From Planctomycetota bacterium (GTDB lineage: Bacteria > Planctomycetota > UBA8108 > UBA1146): DNA of 11,610 nt. Positions 1-5,579 of this stretch are shown piece by piece (position 1 is the first letter of the stretch; each line of letters begins with the position of its first letter). The notes under the pieces were generated by a model. The model saw only the letters and a program-made list of their open reading frames with translations, made no database searches and was not told the origin of the DNA. A program made the position numbers and the translations under genes. The stretch lies in the NCBI GenBank assembly GCA_036338595.1, contig JAYZBV010000014.1, positions 1-11,610 on the forward strand, written 5' to 3'.

Positions 1-131
1 ATGCGATCGAGACGAGCGGCGTTGCGGCGGACCCTCTCCGGATCGCCAGCGAGCAGGATCTTAGGGGCGGCATCTCCTCGGGAGAGGCCGATGTGATACT
101 GGCGATCTGTGTCACCCGGGTGCTGGGACAT
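1..131 (-). CDS. udp: Uridine phosphorylase / nucleoside phosphorylase (PNP_UDP family), 5' part only; gene runs off the left edge
   Basis: Not in the ORF track. Manual translation from ATG at 131-129 gives MSQHPGDTDRQYHIGLSRGDAAPKILLAGDPERVRRNAARLDR, matching the N-terminal YH(I/L)xL...(I/V)LLxGDPxRV signature of uridine phosphorylases. SD GGAGGA lies just upstream (complement of 136-141). Confidence 0.8.
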   Translation of the reverse strand, partial: MSQHPGDTDRQYHIGLSRGDAAPKILLAGDPERVRRNAARLDR

Positions 132-207
132 CTATTCCTCCGAAGGCCACGATACGGCCACGGCCAAGATAAGCAAATCGAGCGAGTACATCACCCCGGA
201 CAGGCCA

Positions 208-227
208 ATTATAGGCAATACCTTGCC
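208..227 (-). promoter_or_regulatory. Candidate -10 element (TATAAT) for udp with an adjacent palindrome GGCAA-TACC-TTGCC
   Basis: ATTATA at 208-213 reads TATAAT on the minus strand, about 75 nt upstream of the udp start. The inverted repeat 214-218/223-227 abuts it. No recognisable -35 hexamer at 17 nt spacing. Confidence 0.35.
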
Positions 228-371
228 GATGGTGCCCGGGATAGCCACATGATACCTTGAACAGGTCTCCGGAAGCTGGCTTCCAGGGACGGGCTTCCCT
301 GCCGATGCCGGGGGTAGCCGACCACCTTTACAGAGCTCGCGCCGGCTCCATCCGGTGCCGAGGGAGGAACG

Positions 372-1970
372 ATGATCTGGCAACTACGCGGTTCGAGCCG
401 CTTGCTGGCACTATTCCTGGTTCCCGCATTATTTGGTTTCCTTCTCGTCCAGACGGACCTGATGGGATCTGCCGCTCCCGATTCCAAGCAGATCAAGAAA
501 CTGGTCAAGGATTTCAAGAAGGCAGTTCAGGGGCAAGAGCACGACAACGCCATCGACATCGGGAGGCAGATCGCTGCCTATGGCACCGAGGACGCCATGG
601 AGTCCCTCTACGACCTGGGCTACAAGGAGGGGCGTAATCCCAGGGTTTATTCCAGCGTCTGCGAGGAACTGTCACGACTCGACGGAATCATCGAGTTCAT
701 CTCTGAGCGTTATGACAAGATCGATTCCAAGAGTGACTTCCGAGAACGGGTGTACCTTGCCGATGTACTGGCCTACCCGACCAACAAGCGCGGTGAGATC
801 AACGATCAGATCATGAAACTGGCCAAGCGGCTTCGCGAGATCGAAGAGGACGGATTGCCGCCGGGCGCAGACCCCTCGATTCCTGATCGGATGAAGCAAC
901 AGCAGGAATCGCTCAAGAAGCAGCTGCAACGGTTGCGGGGCTCCGACAATGATGAGGCCCTGACCCTGATGGTGGAGTTTCTCGGTGACAAGTCCGCTTT
1001 CGTGCAGGGGGCTGCAGTCGAGGCGTTCCGAAAGAGCCAGAGCGCCATCGGAGTGGAGCCGCTGATTTCACTCCTCGAAAAGCTGGTCAAGAAACGAAAA
1101 GACGTCCTGTATCACCAGGTCAGGGATGCGCTGTGGGAGTTGACCGGCCAGGACTTCGATCTGATCGATGAGTGGCACTCCTGGTGGGAGCCTCGTCAGA
1201 ATACCTTTGACCCGATGGAAGAGATCCACGACGGCAAGACGGGCGTGAAGCGCAAGCGGCGTGGCAATGATCCCGAGTTCTGGGGCGTCCCCGTCGAATC
1301 GAAGAACATCGTCTTCGTGATCGATACCTCCGGTTCGATGAGGTATGTCCACAAGGATGATATTCCCGGGCTCGCCAGAGGAGACGGTTCCGATGGGGGA
1401 GGCTCTTCTGGCGGCGGTCAGATGACCCAGGAGCAACAGCGACTGGCGAAGTTCTGGACACGGATGGAGATGGCCAAACGCGAGTTGCGCAAGGTTCTCA
1501 AGAAGATGTCCAAGGACGCCGCGTTCAACTGCGTGCGCTTCGATACCACCGTCAGCAAGTTCAAGAAGAAGGCCACGCCAGCGAGCACCGGAAACAAGAA
1601 GTCTGCGCTCAAGTGGGTCGATGGTCTCAAGCACAACGGCAATACCAATACGCTCGACTCGCTGATGGAGGCTTTTGGTCAGGACGCACGGACCAATACC
1701 ATTTTCTTCCTCTCCGATGGTCTCCCTTCCGTCGATGGAAAGGTCAATGATCCGACCGGGCCCATCCTCAACAAGGTGTTCGAGATGAACCGTTTCCGCA
1801 AGATCAAGATTCATTGCTTCGGCTTTCACCCGTTTACCCAGGGAGGTCAGCAGATGCCCAACCTGGCGGCGGCGAATACCTGGCTCAAACGGCTCGCAGA
1901 AGAGACTGGCGGCACCTACACCGACATGAAGGTCGACAACAAATTGAATCCTGACAACCCGGGAGACTGA
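372..1970 (+). CDS. Secreted or membrane-anchored HEAT-repeat + von Willebrand factor A (VWA) domain protein
   Basis: 532 aa ORF with SD GGAGGA before ATG 372 and a hydrophobic N-terminus (LLALFLVPALFGFLLV). HEAT/PBS-like segments: FLGDKSAFVQGAAVEAF, GVEPLISLL, VRDALWELTGQDF..WHSWW. VWA MIDAS elements: VFVIDTSGSM, GNTNT, IFFLSDGLPS, IHCFGF, WLKRLAEETGGTY. Confidence 0.85.
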   Translation: MIWQLRGSSRLLALFLVPALFGFLLVQTDLMGSAAPDSKQIKKLVKDFKKAVQGQEHDNAIDIGRQIAAYGTEDAMESLYDLGYKEGRNPRVYSSVCEELSRLDGIIEFISERYDKIDSKSDFRERVYLADVLAYPTNKRGEINDQIMKLAKRLREIEEDGLPPGADPSIPDRMKQQQESLKKQLQRLRGSDNDEALTLMVEFLGDKSAFVQGAAVEAFRKSQSAIGVEPLISLLEKLVKKRKDVLYHQVRDALWELTGQDFDLIDEWHSWWEPRQNTFDPMEEIHDGKTGVKRKRRGNDPEFWGVPVESKNIVFVIDTSGSMRYVHKDDIPGLARGDGSDGGGSSGGGQMTQEQQRLAKFWTRMEMAKRELRKVLKKMSKDAAFNCVRFDTTVSKFKKKATPASTGNKKSALKWVDGLKHNGNTNTLDSLMEAFGQDARTNTIFFLSDGLPSVDGKVNDPTGPILNKVFEMNRFRKIKIHCFGFHPFTQGGQQMPNLAAANTWLKRLAEETGGTYTDMKVDNKLNPDNPGD

Positions 1971-1998
1971 ATTCTCCGATGCGAGACAGGATGCAAGA

Positions 1999-2040
1999 GC
2001 GCCGACATCGGTGGATCCGATGCCGGCGTGTTTTTTGTTT
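1999..2040 (+). terminator. Rho-independent terminator between convergent genes, possibly bidirectional
   Basis: Stem CGCCGACATCGG (2000-2011) / CCGATGCCGGCG (2017-2028) has one mismatch, which becomes G-U on the minus strand, and a 5-nt loop. It is followed by TGTTTTTTGTTT and lies about 30 nt after the VWA stop. Confidence 0.8.
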
Positions 2041-2075
2041 GTGGGGACGCGGAATACGGATGCCGCGCAATGCCA

Positions 2076-3290
2076 TCACTCGCGGACGATGCGTACCATC
2101 GCCCAGTTGGCGCGATCCAGGATGTGATGCCCTGGTCCCAGATCGACGACCAGGGTGAATCGCTTCGCATCCGCGAGCGGAATCCTGAAATCGACTCCCG
2201 GATCTTTCCAGGAGATGCTGCCGGGCGCGAACTTCGCCTCGCCGTCGACGAGGATGCTGAAGGTGGCACAACCGATGCCTGTCTCTTCGTCCGGTGGGCG
2301 ACTGCTCGCATCCATGCCAGCGATCCCTACCAGAAATTGATCGCCCTGTGTGACCTCGTAGGTGAGACGGCAGAGCGAGTGCACTCCGATGCCAGCGGCA
2401 AAGGTTCGTGCGCCGATCTGCATCGGCTTGCCGAGCACATTGAGGTTCTTTCGCCACTTCCAGGGGAACCAATCGGTTCCGGGGATCCCCTCCTCGACCT
2501 GGATCGGCTGGCGACTCGCCAGTTGGACGACCCGGCCCATCTCGAAGTGGATCTGTAGCACCCTTGCGAGGGGTAAGGCGATCTGCTGATTCACGGAGCG
2601 ATGCAGAAGGATCGATTCCGAGTCGATCCTGTCGAGTGAGCCCACCACGGAACTGCCATCGAGGGTCATCACTCGAACCGGAACCGAACCGGGCTCAACG
2701 ACCACTTCATCGGGATCGATCTCGACCAATCGAAAGGCAACGACCTTGCCCCAGGGAATACTGAGCTGTCCCAGGGAGGAGTCGTCAAACTGGACTCCTG
2801 TCGGCTCCAGCGCCTCGAGGATTCCCGCCAACTGGGCTCCGTCGCTCGTCAGCAGCAGGTCCGAATCGGAGTCCTTGCCCTGAAAAGGCAGCGCCGGGGC
2901 TGCCGCAGATCGGTACTGGACCAGGTCATCGAGGTGGATCTGGATCGGTGCTACCAGCGAAGGGGTGATCCAGGCAAAGAAATCTGGCTCTGAATCGGCC
3001 GCAATCTTCAGTTGTCCGCTCCACAGGGTGCCGTCGCGAAGCAGGATCTGGTCGCGAGGCTGCGCTTCAGCGAGATGTCTCGAATAGGTCAGCGAGAGAA
3101 CATCTCGGATCGGAAGTGGCTTGCCCTGAAGAGTCAGATGAAGCTGCTCATCCACGAATTGAGGGCTCTCGGTCTCGATGGTTCCGATGACCGTCTCGGC
3201 AGTGACCGGGATCCCCTGCTGTTCATCGTCGATCGGTGTGCCCCCCAGCGGGATCAGCGCCATCCAGAAGAGCCAATTCGCAATGTTCAT
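2076..3290 (-). CDS. Secreted protein with N-terminal tandem small beta-domains and a C-terminal NPCBM/NEW2 putative carbohydrate-binding domain
   Basis: 404 aa with SD GGAAGGA upstream and a short signal-like N-terminus. The C-terminus shows the NPCBM pattern: G.PMQIGARTFAAGIGVHS..RLTY....GIAGMD....ATFSILVDG....FRIPLADAKRFTLVVD.G....DRANW. Confidence 0.8.
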   Translation of the reverse strand: MNIANWLFWMALIPLGGTPIDDEQQGIPVTAETVIGTIETESPQFVDEQLHLTLQGKPLPIRDVLSLTYSRHLAEAQPRDQILLRDGTLWSGQLKIAADSEPDFFAWITPSLVAPIQIHLDDLVQYRSAAAPALPFQGKDSDSDLLLTSDGAQLAGILEALEPTGVQFDDSSLGQLSIPWGKVVAFRLVEIDPDEVVVEPGSVPVRVMTLDGSSVVGSLDRIDSESILLHRSVNQQIALPLARVLQIHFEMGRVVQLASRQPIQVEEGIPGTDWFPWKWRKNLNVLGKPMQIGARTFAAGIGVHSLCRLTYEVTQGDQFLVGIAGMDASSRPPDEETGIGCATFSILVDGEAKFAPGSISWKDPGVDFRIPLADAKRFTLVVDLGPGHHILDRANWAMVRIVRE

Positions 3291-3382
3291 CGAAGATCCT
3301 TCCGGTGTCAGTCACTGGCTGCGGGCACGGAACGGGCGTGGCCATGATGAGGGGTGGATCGTTTCTGTGCAACGCGCGCTTC

Positions 3383-3411
3383 TTGACCGCAACTGCTGGC
3401 TCATCTATTCT
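3383..3411 (+). promoter_or_regulatory. Sigma70-type promoter for the SPOR / DUF89 genes
   Basis: TTGACC (3383-3388), 17 nt spacer, TATTCT (3406-3411), located in the divergent intergenic region about 40 nt before the probable GTG start. Confidence 0.65.
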
Positions 3412-3449
3412 TCCCAATGTACTTGCTGCGGCAGAATAAAGGGGGACAT

Positions 3450-4346
3450 GTGGGGCGTCGAGATGAACAGAGCCTGTTTGAAGTGATCCGGAGCCAGAAG
3501 GGCTCTGCTGGAAAATCTAGGTCGACTCAGGCAGATGAAGCCAGGAAGACCGATGCAAGCCGTGCAGAAACAACTTCTGGTAACGGAGATCCGTCGAGGT
3601 CGCGCAAGAGGGTTGATCTCGATGACCCGGCCAAGCTGATTCCCACCGCCACCGGGCTGGGTCCCATCCCTGATGTCAGTTCTTCAGTGGGAGGAGATGG
3701 TCAGCAGAGGGGCAGTTCCTTCTGGGGTGGTGTTGTCGAGATTCGGCGGGCTACGCTGCTGGTCTTTGGCATCGCTTTCCTGCTGATGATCGCCGTGGCG
3801 TACATGTCAGGAAGAAGTTCTGCTCCGGTTGAGTCGCCAGCAGGGATGGCTGAGCTGGATCGGATGCCCGTCAGCGAGAATCCCACATGGCCGGTTCTCA
3901 ATCCTGAACCCGAGGTGCGCGATGCCATTCGTAACATCGTCCAGTCCGATATCGCCGGGTCCGGGTTCGGTTCAGCAGAAGTCGCTGCGGATGTGGTGCC
4001 TGCCATCGCTCCAGATCCGATGCCAGTGGTGCAGACCAGTCAAAGTCTATACGCCGTGATGATCGGGCAACAACTGAGTAAGGATCCTTCGGTGGTGGAT
4101 AAGTTGGTCCAGTATGTAGATTCGGGACTCACCTCTTCGAAGGCAAGGGTCCGGATCAGTGACTCCAGAAGCGGAAGAAACTTCAGCGTTTTCGTTGGGC
4201 CCTTTGAAAATCTCGAGGCAGCTCGATCAGCGCTACGTGAAATCCAGGTGCTGAGACCGCATCAAGGAGTTCGCTTCCGCGATGCTTTTCCGACCAAGAT
4301 GGTGTTCACACCCGATGAACTCATGAAGTTTCAACTCGGCAACTGA
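3450..4346 (+). CDS. Single-pass membrane protein with a C-terminal SPOR (peptidoglycan-binding) domain; FtsN/DedD/DamX-like architecture
   Basis: ORF track gives 3417..4346. GTG 3450 is preferred because it follows the SD-like AAAGGGGGA and 3417 lies at the predicted TSS. Layout: charged disordered N-terminus, one TM helix (TLLVFGIAFLLMIAVAYMSG), Pro/Ala-rich linker, then SPOR-like YAVMIG...FSVFVGPFENLEAARSALREI...DAFP. Confidence 0.72.
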   Translation: MGRRDEQSLFEVIRSQKGSAGKSRSTQADEARKTDASRAETTSGNGDPSRSRKRVDLDDPAKLIPTATGLGPIPDVSSSVGGDGQQRGSSFWGGVVEIRRATLLVFGIAFLLMIAVAYMSGRSSAPVESPAGMAELDRMPVSENPTWPVLNPEPEVRDAIRNIVQSDIAGSGFGSAEVAADVVPAIAPDPMPVVQTSQSLYAVMIGQQLSKDPSVVDKLVQYVDSGLTSSKARVRISDSRSGRNFSVFVGPFENLEAARSALREIQVLRPHQGVRFRDAFPTKMVFTPDELMKFQLGN

Positions 4347-4349
4347 CCC

Positions 4350-5240
4350 TTGGCAAACTTCGTCCCTCAGTGCTACCCCTGTGCTCTTCGCCGCGCACTC
4401 TGCACGGCGGAGCGAGTCAGTGATGATGAATGGTTACAGCAAAAAGTTGTCGACGAGTCGATGCTGATCCTGCGCGATTCCGAATCGGGTCAGACACCCG
4501 CCGAAAAGGTGGGAGGCCTGCTGAAGCGGGTCCATTCCGTGCTCGGGTCCTCGGACCCCTGGAGAGAGATCCGGGAGCGCTGGTTTGGCGAGATGCAGGA
4601 GGCGTCCTCCGGCATGCGATCGCTGGTCGAACAGGATCCTGATCCCCTGGGGCGAGCACTGTTGCTGTCTGCTCGCTGCAACGTCTTTGCCAACGAGATA
4701 CTGCAGTCGAAGGCGATCCGGGAGGATCTGAGGCGTCTCGGCATTCGTGCCGGCGATCCTGTCGACGCCGAATTCGTCCACGATGAGCGAGCACTACTCG
4801 ATTCTGCCCTCAGCACGGCGAGTCAGATCCTGTTCCTTCACGATACGGCTCCAGAATTGCCCGCAGACCTGATTCTGATGGAGCAGATCCACCTTCAGAA
4901 CCCGGATAGCGACATCACCAGCATCGTCTGTGAAGAGCCGATGCTGCTGAAAGCGTGCCTGGAAGACGCAGATCGAGCAGGAATCGTGGGTGAGCGTGGT
5001 GCTGGCCAGGTGATTGCGTGGCGCAGTGAAGGTCTGGGCCTGGTGCTCGATGAGGGCTCAGAGACTCTTCGTCGCGTCGTCGAAGAGGCCGATCTGATCG
5101 TCGCCAAGGGGTCCGCTCACCACCAGACGCTATCAGGACGGCGACTTCCGGTGTTTTCGCTGGTGCGAGCGAAATGCCCCGTCACCGCTGCGGCCCAGAG
5201 TTGTCGTATCGGTGAGTTACTGCTGATCCGAGCCGACTGA
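4350..5240 (+). CDS. DUF89 / ARMT1-like damage-control phosphatase family protein (subfamily I type) with divergent active-site motifs
   Basis: 296 aa, TTG start 3 nt after the SPOR gene stop. Recognisable family motifs: N-terminal CYPC, DPWREIR, DPLGRALLLS..CN, FLHDTAPE (DNAGE position), ADLIVAKG....TL, and FSLVRAKCPV.A. Confidence 0.8.
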   Translation: MANFVPQCYPCALRRALCTAERVSDDEWLQQKVVDESMLILRDSESGQTPAEKVGGLLKRVHSVLGSSDPWREIRERWFGEMQEASSGMRSLVEQDPDPLGRALLLSARCNVFANEILQSKAIREDLRRLGIRAGDPVDAEFVHDERALLDSALSTASQILFLHDTAPELPADLILMEQIHLQNPDSDITSIVCEEPMLLKACLEDADRAGIVGERGAGQVIAWRSEGLGLVLDEGSETLRRVVEEADLIVAKGSAHHQTLSGRRLPVFSLVRAKCPVTAAAQSCRIGELLLIRAD

Positions 5241-5247
5241 ATCCGCC

Positions 5248-5336
5248 ACTTCAGGGCGCTCATTGCGTTGTGCCGTTGTTCCGGGTCGCTCCCGTGGACG
5301 ACTCACCTATTCGGAGCCTCTTGGGTCGCCTGAAGT
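5248..5336. repeat. Inverted repeat / long hairpin between the DUF89 stop and the 6S promoter
   Basis: Perfect 8-bp arms ACTTCAGG (5248-5255) / CCTGAAGT (5329-5336), extendable by CG/CG and CTCA/TGGG. They enclose inner stems TTCCG/CGGAG and GGGTCG..TCC/GGA.CGACTC. Confidence 0.45.
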
Positions 5337-5364
5337 TGACACGCTGTGTCTCTCCACCTAGGAT
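5336..5364 (+). promoter_or_regulatory. Strong sigma70-type promoter for the 6S-like RNA and downstream genes
   Basis: Perfect TTGACA (5336-5341), 17 nt spacer, TAGGAT (5359-5364). Predicted TSS about 5371. Confidence 0.8.
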
Positions 5365-5371
5365 CCACACA

Positions 5372-5578
5372 CTCTCTGGCTCCCTTATCGGGGTCCCGAG
5401 ATTCTGGTCCGGGACCGATCGCCTCAGCGAATCTGGGCGCTCTGTTCGGGGCGACATCTGTCACTCAGACGGGTGTACGGAGGGGAAGGAGGATCACCTT
5501 GGAGCACGCCGCAATTCAACAGCATCCAGAATGCAGCATCGATTTGCAGGCCCGACGAGGATCATCTGCTTCCCCCTC
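5372..5578 (+). ncRNA. ssrS: Probable 6S RNA (SsrS); ends approximate
   Basis: About 200 nt between a consensus promoter and the next signal-peptide start. Folds by hand into a long irregular rod: GAATCTGGGCGCTCT 5429-5443 pairs with GGAGCACGCCGCAATTC 5501-5517; apical hairpin ACATCTGTC/GACGGGTGT 5454-5476; outer stems such as CGAT/ATCG, GGTC/GGCC and GATTCT/AGGATC flank a central bubble (about 5420-5428 / 5518-5537). GTCCGGGACCGAT and GAATCTGGGCGCTC resemble E. coli 6S segments GAGCCGAU and GAAUGUGGCGCUCC (recalled from memory). Lies upstream of rny-ymdB, a known ssrS neighbourhood. Not confirmed by a covariance model. Confidence 0.7.
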
Positions 5579-5579
5579 C

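Noticed and set aside
224..260. Fluoride (crcB) riboswitch-like words GCCGATGGTGCCCGG...ATGATACCT
   Set aside because: P1 is weak, the second stem is absent, and the downstream gene is unrelated to fluoride resistance.
259..282. SRP-RNA-like word CAGGTCTCCGGAAG
   Set aside because: It lacks the CAGG-NCC-GNRA-GG-NAGCAG domain IV arrangement and the enclosing long helix.
132..383. 83-aa minus-strand ORF ending immediately before udp
   Set aside because: It overlaps the VWA start and the putative promoter elements and shows no motif. A short version (MYSLDLLILAVAVSWPSEE) cannot be excluded but is unsupported.
1068..1829. 253-aa antisense ORF opposite the VWA gene, plus the other short overlapping ORFs in the track
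   Set aside because: These are shadow frames of well-supported genes with no motifs or convincing SD.
5242..5248. TCCGCCA resembling a tRNA 3' end or attachment site
   Set aside because: No cloverleaf or T-loop upstream (that sequence is coding) and no integrase or duplicated site in the window.
5384..5490. SAM-I, FMN or c-di-AMP riboswitch in the SH3b leader (CTTATC start, CTGGTCC, GTACGGAGG)
   Set aside because: Core conserved elements (GCAACC/GGTGC, the FMN GAAATTCC loops, ydaO CAGCTAAC) are missing. A 6S-like rod explains the region better.
5346..5498. N-terminal extension of the SH3b ORF as given in the ORF track
   Set aside because: The start lies between the -35 and -10 boxes, upstream of the predicted TSS. 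It would bury the signal peptide about 78 aa inside the protein and overlaps the structured RNA.
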